From: Tubiluchus corallicola
Lineage: Eukaryota; Animalia; Priapulida
Direction: 5' to 3'
NCBI GenBank assembly: GCA_030141605.1
Contig: JAQGDQ010000177.1
Span: 186,001-250,000 of the forward strand
Length of the DNA stretch: 64,000 bases
Shown in pieces: positions 52,700 to 64,000 of the stretch. Both the position numbers and the translations under genes were made by a program. Each line of letters starts with the position of its first letter. The stretch's first letter is position 1. The notes under the pieces are model-generated. The model worked only from the letters and a program-made list of their open reading frames with translations. It searched no databases and was not told the DNA's origin.

Positions 52700-55490
52700 G
52701 CCATTCTGTTTTGATCAGAGGTAGTTTGAACCTGGTGACGTTTCTGGTGTTGTAACGTTATGCAAAAATTCGACTCGATATCAGACCAGAATACAACAAT
52801 TTCATGTAATCTCCAGTTGCGCCAGGAAGAAACTTGAAATTTTAAATTGTGTACGTAACATTTCTTTGCTTTTTAACGATTTAATAGACACATTGGACAT
52901 AGCTAGGTTAGGTAAGGTAAGGTATCTCTCAGTTAGTTAAGATTTTAGCCATTTTAAGCGGTTTCCTTGAATACCATTTGCCCAGTGTGGCAAACACGAT
53001 CAAAAAGCCTTAGATATGTCCAAGAAAATTGCCCAAACTTCATAACCTGAATCAAGTGCTTGGTAAATAGAACGAACTAAATGAAGTAACTGGTTAGTAG
53101 GAGAGTCGCGAGTTACAAAGCCTGACTGTTCAACAGATAATAAATTAACGAATTAAAAATTATAGATATATCTAGATATTATTTTTTTCGAATACTTTTG
53201 ATGTACATGACAGTGCATTAATTTGATGTACATTAATTACGGCCATATCACGTTGAAAACACCGGTCCTCTCTGATCACCGCAGTTAAGCAACGTAGAGC
53301 CTGGTTAGTACTTGGATGGGTGACCGCCTAGCAATACCTACGGTATATCGACACTAGGTGGAGGAGCTGCACAAGCAGCCAACGGCTAGAGAACGGAGGA
53401 GGTCAAGTGACCCAACGGAACCTTCCAAATCAGGAGTCCTGAAGGCGGACCAGTGCAGCATGCTCACTGATCCCGGCAGCCAACCTGGTGCCAAACATAT
53501 CGCTCCGCTTCCCTTTGGATTACACCAGGGAGGAAGAGAGGGGGTTCCTGTTGTCTGGGCAACTCAGGATTTCCACACACCTTGCCCAGGCGTGCGCCCT
53601 GGAGAAGCCACTCCAGTGGTTCAAGGATCGGTCTGCTCAGCCACAGTCGACGCTGCAGCTCCATCAATGTGGTCAATAACTGACTCTCTTGGCGCACACT
53701 CCATTGTCTTCTGAGACAGAAGGAAAGTGGAGATACGAGTCGGTAATTAGAAACAAAATAACGTTCATCCGGTTTGTACGATGGCATAACATTTGCATGT
53801 TTCCATATACTAAGAAAACCAGATTTAGAAAGTCACAAGTTAATAACAGTTTAATCAGAGGTTTACAGAAAACTGGTGCAGACATTTAAGCATTTTGTTC
53901 CTAATAAAATCTGGTTCGTTTGCTTTACATGCATTTAAAGAAAGAAGAATGTCTTTGACATCTGCATCAGTAATAACGATGTCAGATAAGAAAGCGGTGG
54001 TTAATTTACCTAAATTTGGAACTTCAGTGTCGCCTCATTTAGATAAGTTTGTAAAGCCTGCAAAATAATCGTTAAATAAATTTACTTCTAGAACCGGATC
54101 AACTATAAATTCACTGCCGCTTAGCAATAGTAGGTCAGCATTGTGGGCTTTGTTGTAGAACAATTTAACCATTTTATACCAGTTGTTATTACTTACCTGC
54201 TCACTTAATTTGATAGCTTTAATTAAAAAAAAAATTTTTACAATTTTTCTGATTTGCGTTTCATTACAATACTTTTGTAGTGATCCCAGTGGATGGGGTT
54301 AGAAAAATGTTTCAACTTTTTGCATGCCTTATCTAGCTTTCGTTGTAATGAACGGATGTGTGATGACATCCATGGGCCATCTTTGGCACGAATGGTAAGA
54401 GTTTTATTTGGAATATGCGAAGAACAAACCCGATTGCATTTCAAGTTCACTAGATTAATTTATGTCCTCAGACATAAAACTGTTCTACCTGACATCAGTA
54501 AGATTGCGGAATAACCCTTCGACATCTGCGTTGTCACAATTCCAAACCGTTCTAGCGTAACTTTTAATACTATTATATTGAAATTTCATTTTAGCTGCTA
54601 TTGGGAAATATTTACAAGTATCAACAATAGGTGACAGCACAGTGTAGTCTAAATTTAAGACATTCTTTATAATCAAATCTAAACAGAATCGAGGCCCAGG
54701 CAAAATGTGAATAGGATCATTAATAAGTTGAGATAGACTATTTGAACTATATTATCACAATTTGTTTACCACAGGGAGTGCCAATATCGTTTGACCAAAA
54801 TTGCTTGCTCTTTATATTCACATCTCCGGTCATTACTATAGGTAAACTTGTAGCCATAACTTTGTCTACAGAAATAGCAAAAGAAAGAATAACTTTGTCT
54901 AAAGAATAACAAAAATAGCTAAAGAAATAACAAACTGATCACAAAAAATGTTCACAATCCTGCATATTATTGCATGGAGGGCGATAACACAAAGAAAACA
55001 GTTGTTTCAAACCCTTTAAAACTCTTAACTCTTATTCAATAATAATACGTTTAAACTAGTTGAACATTTTAAAATAGTTTCAACCGCGTAGCTGATTATT
55101 AAGATACGCAAGAACATCACCTCCTTCTCTGTTTCGATCCTTCCGTACTGGTGGCTGGAAACCACTTAAAGCATAACTGTTTAAATCCGAAATACAACCA
55201 TTGAGCAAAGTCACTGATATAATAACAATGTCACACAGTTATTGGATAGTGACAAAGACAAGATTTCAGAGAGCTTTGGTTCAACAATCAACCTGTCAAC
55301 GTTAAAATTTACAAAATTTAAACATTTTTTACAGAAAGCTGGACTTGATCGAGGGCCTGGGTTCGCGTGGACGTCTCCGCATAATAAAATTATAAAGACG
55401 CAGAATCTGGCAAAGTCAAAAATTGAATGAAGCATTTCCTTAAAAAACATGTGTAAAGAACGAGCAATTGCAGAAAACAAGCTAATCTTC
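52700..55490 (-). mobile_element. Degenerate CR1/L2-group LINE ORF2 (2A-like motif, APE, RT), interrupted by a SINE
   Basis: LLCGDVHANPGP; APE pieces (RKDRNREGGDVLAY, LDLII); PWMS; RT pieces SNYR, SKVFEKII, QSGF, FLDISKAFDRV. Confidence 0.9.
53237..53724 (+). mobile_element. 5S rRNA-derived SINE (SINE3-type) with RTE-derived body and tail
   Basis: 53237-53340 matches 5S rRNA (acggccatatcacgttgaaaacaccgg...agttaagc...ttagtacttggatgggtgaccgcct) but lacks its 3' end. 53621-53683 encodes SRIGLLSHSRRC, like the RTE ORF2 C-terminus, followed by ccattgtcttctgagacagaagga. Confidence 0.85.
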
Positions 55491-57137
55491 AACCTATGCT
55501 AAACTACCCAATTATTCATAATTATTCATTCCTAAGTCATCCCATCGGAGACAAGTCGCTTGCAAGAAAAATGTTTTATAATTATTCGTAAGAATATAAA
55601 AGTAGTCTTACGGTTGAACGAGTAAGGGTATGTAAGAAAATTTTTAATACATGGCAAATGTACAAGATTAGATAATTATTTTTATTTCGACAGCTAGGCC
55701 ATAAATTACATAAAAATATGCACATATTTACAAGTTTATTTACAGTTATAATTACAAAAATATCTAAAACTACGATCGTTAAGGAATAATGTAGTATGCG
55801 TGATTTTTGTGAGACTGCTTTAAGATCGAATTCGGATGCAAACCTCGAAATTTGGTTAGTTCGAGTTCGAAAGTCATCAAGTCCATTCGATTCAAATTTG
55901 CTATCAGCGTTGCTTTAAACTAGCTAAAACTAAATTCATATTTTTAGAGTCCATAATAAACTTATTAACATGCGCGGTGCCATTAAAATTGATAATTGTG
56001 TTGATGAACAAGTAAAAATGTTCCATATTTTAAGTGACCATTTACATATTATTACATTATTATGAAGAATTTCTGAAGGTAAAATTGCTAAGATTCCAAA
56101 TTAGAAGCACCAATACTGTCCATATATTTAGCACTCAGTGTAAACAGGAACAGAGTAACTGTATCACTTGGTTTGCAGCCTTGTATTAAGCAAATTGATT
56201 TCTTTTCCAAGCAGAGCAACTGTATCACATGGTTTGTAGCTTTGTAGATATCAAACTGATTTTTTTTCTTTCAAATAAAGTCCTAGCATAATTCCTTGGT
56301 TCTATAAACTTGTATAAAATGAAGAATTTCGGCACCATATGAAGAATTTCTGAAGGTAAAATTGCTAAGACATCAGCATAGGTAGAACACAGGTGAGTTT
56401 ATTTATACAAATCAGTAACAGCACATGTTTATTCAATGATCTCTGACAGCCAACTGACCAGGTAAGGTTTTCTATGAAGCAAGGAAGCCAGCAATTCAAT
56501 GAAAGTTAAATGTTATGCATACTACATAGTTCAAGGATGAAAGTTGAGACTGTATGTAAAGGAATAGACCTATTTTACAGCTGAAATTTCTTGTGTGGGA
56601 TTTTTAATATTTTAACCAGAGAATGTAATAATATGACATAATAAATAAAAAATAAAGACATATGACATTATAAATAAAAATTAATGTAAAGAAATCGTGA
56701 GCTTCACGACACTCCGACCAGGAAGTTGGAAATAACATAAACGATTTTGATACTTTAACCTTTAAAGTCATTTAACTTTTACAAGAAATAAATTTGTCAT
56801 TTCTTAATCATTTTAACAATAACATCTAACATCTTAAGTACGAGATGGCGCCACCAAGCAGTTTGGGCGCCGTGGATTTATGAACACGACAATACGAATC
56901 ACACCATTGCAAACGGGCTATTTGGTCTATGTACAAAAAGGGTAAGTTTTATTTAATCTAATTTAATAGTGACATTAAATTTCAACGTAATTTCGGATAT
57001 AATTATCACGCTACATTTGTAACAATTTTCATTACATACAACTTAACGATAAACTTAATATTTTCCTATCGAGTTTCACTACAAATAACATTCAATCTCT
57101 AGATTATAAAATCATCATGACGATTTGAGTCCAGAGT

Positions 57138-57221
57138 ATCGATTTAGGATACACACTCTTAACAAAGGGCATCGATTTAGGATGCAAATTCGTAACAAAG
57201 GGCATCGATTTAGGATGCACA
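57138..57221. repeat. 33-bp tandem repeat, about 2.5 copies
   Basis: atcgatttaggat at 57138, 57171 and 57204. Confidence 0.9.
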
Positions 57222-58025
57222 CGATTTATCAATCGTTAGATTTGAATTACTAGTAGATTGCTAACCGAGGACATGCACAAGTATTAGCAAGTATAATAAG
57301 CAATGACATACAGCATTGGTTACTCTTTGTGTTTATGATAAAGTTTGTACAGCATTTGCTTGGTTTGCCTGTCGGTTATGCTGTACATAGTCTGTCTCAC
57401 AATTAGACACAATTTATCAATAACATTTCTATCATTATTTTTTCAGGTTTATAACAAAGAGCACGTTTTTGTGCTCAAGGTAAGTATAAGGTAACTTAGG
57501 TAAGTAGTATTTTAACAACTTACTAAGCAGCTATACAAACAGTGTTAACAATAACAACAACGAGTTGTTATTCAAATGATGTTAACAACAATAGCACTAC
57601 ATACCTGTCAACCTGTTATTAGCATTGCCCTTATGCTAAACCTTATAAGACAGCACGGGACCTTACCGAATCTGAAAATATGTTAATTTGCTGGGAGCCA
57701 ACAGAAACAGACCAGTCACGAGATCGCATATCAGTCTACACAACAACAAAAAATCATTGGAAATTTTATTGTCTTGTTTTCATGAAAAAAAACTATTTAG
57801 TTATGGTGTGATATTATTTATGTATGCATATCAGATGGAATTTTGTAGCAAACACGTAACTTTATATATACATATATATTAAAAAAAAAGACAAAACACA
57901 TAAAAACGAGAGAGGGTTCAAGTTAATCTCACATTCTTCCTTATATCCTGTTATACAGTCACTGAATTACTTTACTGCAAAACTGAAATGTTTTTAGTAT
58001 GACAATGGCTGGCTGCAATGAACAA

Positions 58026-58596
58026 TCAACAATGTTGCTTGTTGTACTTTGCGGTGGCAGACTTGGCTGATGCCACCAATGCACTGGAAGGATGTACTTG
58101 GAAACAGGGCACATCACAGTTCATCTTCACTTGCAGAAAGGAAGTGAGGGTATCAGGAAGCATGCTCTTCCTGAATTCTGTGTGGATCTTCCGCACCATG
58201 CTGAATGCCCTTTCACTGTCGGCGTTGCTGTGTGGAAGGCAAACAAACGGCCACAAACTGACAAAATAAAATTTCTGCAGCTGTGGCATTAGAGCTAACA
58301 ACAGGTTCCTTCGCTGGTTTGAAATGATCATCCATCGACGGAAAAGTTTTAGTTTTCGTCACACTTTCCTTGTGTCCACGTGTTGAGAAATGGCTCTTCA
58401 GGTCGTAAAACCCGGACGCTCGCACTTTCACATTTTTCCTACATGGAACACAAAACGAATAGTCGGAGCCTTCTGACGAGGCTTTCACCCATCCAGCGTA
58501 TGCTCCACCACAAAACTTTGGGCTCTCCCATTCTTTTAAATGACGTCCAGTTCCAGTTTTTTGCTTTTTCGCCGGAGGAACACATTCGCTTGCCAT
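58026..58596 (-). mobile_element. Internally deleted hAT transposase
   Basis: N-terminal NLS and zinc finger (FCVPC...DLKSHFSTRGH, TAAEILF) joined out of frame to the C-terminal dimerisation region (CLPHSNADSERAFS). Confidence 0.85.
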
Positions 58597-61500
58597 GTTT
58601 TTTTTTCACGAATGAAATAGCGGAAGTGGTTAACCGGATGTTAAAAATTATTAGCTGAGTGTGCGCAAGAACTCAATTTTGTAAATTGTATATTTATTGT
58701 TAGAGTTAAGCCAGGAGAGAACCTCTTGTCAGACTCTCCAGTTCCAAGTTTCAAGTATTAGTCAGTTCCCTGAAGTGTCTCTAATAAATGGTGTTTCTCT
58801 AAAATTTTTGCAATAATTGACTGGATCAATACAAAATTCAGGTAAATTTCTCTTTAGGACAACCACCCAGAACCTCCTGCAGTAAAACCTGATATTTTCA
58901 GCTTCCGTTTTAGTTAAATAGCAAGGACTACTATACAACAGGACGTGCACGGTCAGATCTCTGACTCGGCTAGCGGAGGCGATCTATTTTTAACATTTAG
59001 TGCTAATAATTTGGACATATTTACCCCCCATGGTGAGAGTTGTTGCCGTGGTTTAAGTGACATCATTCGGGTGACATCACTCGTTTTGTTTTTGGGGTTG
59101 ATTATTGAATAATTGAACACTAATTACATGTAGTTTATTGCTGGTTTGCGGGCCATCATTTTTTAATACATATTGCCCAGACAAGGATCATTGGTCACTC
59201 AAAATATGCTACTGTTACTAAGTGTTACAGATACAATTATGAAACATATCTAGAAAAATAAATCCTTGTACGTAGTTTGCTAGTTTTATCTGCAAGTATC
59301 TATAACATTCTTAGTACATGTTAAGAATTGGTACAATAAAAGCCATTTAAAAATCCCCCAACTGAGGAAAGAAAAAACACGATGTTTTGTTCCACTACTG
59401 TGGAATGTCTTCACATGAAAAGAAAACAAGTATTTACTGATCATTTTTGCGTTTTTCTTGTTTTTTTAACTTGAAAATAGCGTACAGTGAAAACGTTCAA
59501 TCTTTTTTAAATGGTATTTTTAAATTAGTCTGTTGTTGTTAATTTTTGAAACAACTGATATAATGGTGATAACGTTCTTTTTAGAACACACGTGTTACAC
59601 TAGTTAACATTTCTTTCCTTAGCTGAAAACAGACTTGCAAGTCACGCTAAAACTGAAACTCAACATTGGAATGAAATTCTTGAATTTTCATAATCTTTGT
59701 GTTTACTTTTTGACATGATGTTAGCTATTTTATTAAAATGTTAAACACTTCTTCCGCGTTTATTTCCAGCTTTTCTTTGTCTACTGTGTCATTTTAGTAA
59801 CATTAATAGGTAACTGTTGTCGTGAAGCTTACGATTTCTTGATTTTATTTTTATTAATTATTAGTTTGTAATTGTTATCAATAGTCATATTATTACATTT
59901 TCTTGTTAAAATATTAAATTAAAATCCCATACATGAAATTTCAGCTATAAAATAAGTTTATTTCTTTGTATAGTGTCTAAACTTTCACCTTGAACTAGTA
60001 TGCATAACATTTACATTCCTTGTATTGCTGGCTTCCTTTTACTTCATGGAAAATTTTACCTGGGCAGTTGGTTTATACAGTCACATTGTAAGCATGTGAC
60101 TTGAAACAGAGAGAGAGAGAGAGAGAGCAATGTATGGTATCCCTACTGATTCAAAAAATAAAGTTTATGAGATATAAAAAGAACCTCACCTATGTTCTAC
60201 TTTATTTATCAGTGTCTTAGCACTTACCTTTAGAGTTTCTTCATAACTGTTTATTTTTGCATCTATTTTAAAATCACAGGTTTTGTTCATTGAAAAGTTA
60301 TACATTTGTTTGAGGTTAAAATAATTTGCTAGCAACATTGTAACAACCTGTAAGTTTAAATAGCAACTGTGAACATTAAATTTAATCTCCATATTAAATA
60401 GACCCAGTATGTATGATAAGTTATGCAACCCCTACTTAAACAGTAAGGCTAAAAACTGACACTGAATAAAATGTTCTTTGTAATACCTTTAATTTTGTAA
60501 AAAAATATTTGTGACACGACTTTGTACACATTATGGCGTGTTGGTTTTCTTATTTAAAATGTCTTTCACTTTTGAAGTAAAGTTAACTGCTGAAATAGAT
60601 AAAATAATTTAATTATAGTTTCTAAAAGTGTAAATTGTTTAATATGGTATGTTAATACGTTGTGTTCTGCGACTTTGATTCAAGAAATGTTTTGCTTTTT
60701 CCTGCATTTTGCAGCTAGAAGACTTGCATATTATTTGGTTGCTTTATTCATTCATTCGTAAAATTCAGATTCCTTCACGTCCATCAGTCCCATCATGTTC
60801 TTCATGTAGTTAAGTGGTATTGTTAAGATTCACCTTGTAACAATTTTTTATGTAACAAAAATGCTGCTATTATAATGATAGTTATGTAATTAGTCTGTTA
60901 CTTATTGAACCTTTACAAGTCTTGAGTATACAAAGTGTTTCCGCATGTTAGGATTTGTTGAGTACAAAAGACATTCAATTACAGCGAAACGATGCATTAG
61001 AGAAAAATGCATATTTCCCAGACCCAAGTGGATACCCAGCGGTGTCCCTAAACCCTCATCATTATATACTGTTTGGTGACGTCTCAAATGCTCCACATGA
61101 TCAGTGGTTGCATCCAATCTCAGTGCTTCTTCTTCAGCTACAACCTTGCAGTCGCCATGATGTCATTTGCTGACGGATCATCAACTGGGTAAACTATTGT
61201 TATTGTTATTCCATGGATGTGGTGAGCCATAAAAGACCACGTTCTTCTTTACATTGTTACTAGATGAAGGTAAAATAGATTCACTTTCCTTCAGTTTGTG
61301 AGAAAGATAGTGAATGCATGTTACCTCCATCTTGTAGCAAAGTGGTTTCTGCGCCTTCTCACGATGTCTGCTACCGGGATATCGCTCTTTAAACAAGTAA
61401 ATATAAAGGGATTTAGTTTACATTAAACTTATATTTTGTAACAAATGTCTTCTCTCGTTTCTGACCTTTGAATAACCGAATATATCTTCTGCGAATAACA

Positions 61501-62431
61501 ATTTTTATTCACGGATTCGGCGACAATTATTGAATAACTTTAGAAGATTTACCGAGTGACCTCAAGTGGTCGACTGCTTTCTTTCTAAGTGTTCGATTCC
61601 GGAGGTGGGTGGCTGGAATTACAGTGTTTGACCACTGCTTTTAACAATTATTGATAGCTGCTACTATGCTTATTGGCCAAAATTACAGGGGTATATGAAC
61701 ACTTCATTTGAAATAGAAATTTGTGTAAGAAATTGCAAGAGAGCAAATTACATACTACTCTTTGGCTTGACCAGTATTTAAAACAGCAGCATTCTTTCAA
61801 ATACACGTTTTACGATCACATTAGTATCAGCGCAATTAAACAAGCTGCCAAAACTGTCAAAGTTAAGATCGAGATCCCTATTGTTATAGTTCATCCTAAG
61901 ACGCCCACTAATTTTATATTCACAAAAAACATGTTGTTCTCTTTGTACTTATTCGCCCCATTGGCATGGTTAGTCTTGTTACCTTCCACTTTACATGGTC
62001 CCACTTTCCGGTCTCCACACAAAGATTATGGACTGATTTACGTATCCTTGCCCAGAAAATTCTGTGCTTTTCTACCACAAAGATACTCTTTACATTTCAT
62101 GAGGTTCCTTTGAATTAGCTGATCTCCTCAATCTTTCAAGTGCAACTCTTTATCTTGTCACGCAGTTGATATGCTATTTTTCAAGGACTTGAGACCCAAA
62201 CAAATTGTATTGGCAGTTTTGAACAATTAAGGGCTTTCAATCCAGTTCATGGAGTTCATGAAAAATCTAGATGACTACATGGTGCGCATGCTCATACAAC
62301 AGTGTTGTGTTAGACACAAACTGATTGGGCAAACTTAGCAGAGAAAGTGAAGGAAACCCCTTTTTAGCAGTAATTTTCACGTGGTGGTATTTTCAACTTT
62401 TGGAATGACAATTACTTACATTTTTTATTAA

Positions 62432-62978
62432 AGAAATAACGGATGATTGTATAAACATGAGTTCAAAATAAAGAATGCTCTAAAATATCGCAAACTACAA
62501 TACCTTGTTTAAATCAAAGCTTATATTAAATAATAAATTCCTCAGATACTCAATATTTTTCAAAGTTTCAAAGCTTCGCGAAGCGGCTCAGTGAATCTAC
62601 TAAGATTGGCAGCGGCGCCTTTTTGTCACATTCGCGTAGCCGACAAATAGAAAGCGGTACCGTGATAACCATGATCATGAACTGCTGTGTTAGTTTCTGA
62701 TGTCATATGATACAGAGCCCATTTTCGTGACATCACGCGTTAAAGCTGTACTGTAACACTTGCGCAAACGTGCTTGCTGCGCATGGGAAGACGCCTGCCA
62801 TTGCACAAACCGTTTCGATGTAAGCAGTAGCTGTGCTTGGTTGCCATTAATGAACTTTCTAAGCTAACTATTAAAATATAAGAAATAATTGCTAACTTAT
62901 ATAGGCAAGAAAATGAATATTATGGACAGTAAATTAAAATGAGTTTGAAGGAGTCTAAACAATTGTCCGGTTTTCCTT
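62432..62978. mobile_element. Kolobok-like MITE, copy of 20055-20590
   Basis: Colinear similarity, TTAA flanks. Confidence 0.85.
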
Positions 62979-63104
62979 TTAAGAAAATTAACATTAACAA
63001 TAAACTTTGCTTTTAATACGAATAACTGTCTCTGTACAATGCTTGGAATGCTGTTTTGAAATGTGAATTTTTTTCTTTATCATGGATCTCTTCCTACAGT
63101 TTTT

Positions 63105-63720
63105 GAGCTAGGTCACAATTTTTGGTATGTGGCTAGGTTGTGTTGAGTTGTTGTGCATGGCTGTATATGAGCTATTTGCGGTAGGGGGCAAAAACCAAAA
63201 TCGATGGGGTTGGGGACACCAATGCTTCAAGTTGCGAGTAAGAGTCCCGTGTAATGTACCAAAAAAGGCATCGATGAGACGAATTGAATGGTATAAGTTT
63301 TGCTGATTTTGGTTGACCCCTGACCCCGCTAGGGGATAAAAACCGAAATCATTGTTTGGGACACTAATGCTTCCAGTGTCAAGTAGCTTGTAGAATGTCA
63401 AATGAAAGGTTTTGATGAGCAGCATGAAATAGTATGAGTTATGCTCAAGTTGGTTGACTCTTGACCCGCTAGGGGGCAAAAACCAAAATTGAGGGTCATG
63501 TAGTAAATAGTTTGTAGTGTCCAGCAGCAACAGGTTGTAATATATCAAAATGGAAGGTATCGATGAGACTAATTGAGCGGTATAACTCGTGTCTGCAATT
63601 GTTGACCCTTGATCCTGAGGTCACAATAAAAGAGGTTCCAGATTTAAAGTTTTCTAACACATATAATGAAAGGTCTCGGTGAGATGAATTGAATGGTATG
63701 ACCTAAGCCTAGGCTGGTCA
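63105..63720. mobile_element. Helentron/HINE-like element with a diverged 140-150 bp internal tandem repeat
   Basis: Repeated tagggg..aaaaacc, gatgagac.aattga and gttgacc..tgaccc blocks. Confidence 0.6.
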
Positions 63721-64000
63721 AGCACTGACAGACTAGTGGACTATGACTGAAATTGTCTGGCAGTAATCCTTCTTATGTAGAGCAGCAGTATGTTGTAGTA
63801 CGTTAAATGAAATGTCTTGATGAATGGTGTATCTTTACCTGTCTATGGTTCAGCCTTAAGCCACTGGTCACTGGTCAAAATGCGACAAGCTCTGATTTCA
63901 TTGAAACTGTTAATCGAGTCAAATACAACCGCACTTACGTGCATTTAACAGAATACAGATTTGTTAATTAAATAATTACTCAAATTATTATTTATTGAAG

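Larger units (their letters stand above)
56335..60246. repeat. Long diverged inverted repeat, arms about 56335-56735 and 59750-60246
   Basis: Colinear reverse-complement blocks, e.g. aagaaatcgtgagcttcacgaca/tgtcgtgaagcttacgatttctt, ggaagccagcaat/attgctggcttcc, aaatgttatgcatacta/tagtatgcataacattt. Confidence 0.85.

Noticed and set aside
53237-53345. Functional 5S rRNA gene
   Set aside because: 3' end and T-run terminator are missing, there are internal changes, and the sequence continues into a SINE body.
60900-62300. Short ORFs
   Set aside because: No motif recognised; probably degraded TE sequence.

Overview
AT-rich, repeat-dense animal genomic DNA, probably invertebrate (the 5S-derived head looks lophotrochozoan-like; inference only). 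Genes: (1) the last three coding exons of CIAO2A/FAM96A (MIP18 family), missed by the ORF track. Its stop codon lies 87 nt upstream of, and in the same frame as, (2) an intronless DHHC palmitoyltransferase (ZDHHC3/7-like). No AATAAA lies between them, so this is a candidate bicistronic, trans-spliced or fusion locus and the main finding. (3) A complete 9-exon CHST15-like sulfotransferase on the minus strand (447 aa reconstructed). (4) A frameshifted CHST1/3/5-type sulfotransferase pseudogene. (5) An intronless class A GPCR, plus a short GPCR relic. The remainder is transposon debris and tandem repeats: CR1/L2 and RTE LINE fragments (one with a 2A-like motif), a 5S-headed SINE with an RTE-derived tail, tRNA SINEs, hAT, Tc1 and TTAA-type MITEs, Helitrons, an internally deleted hAT transposase inside a long inverted repeat, and long microsatellites. 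All calls were made by eye, family assignments rest on recalled motifs rather than searches, and TE boundaries are approximate.
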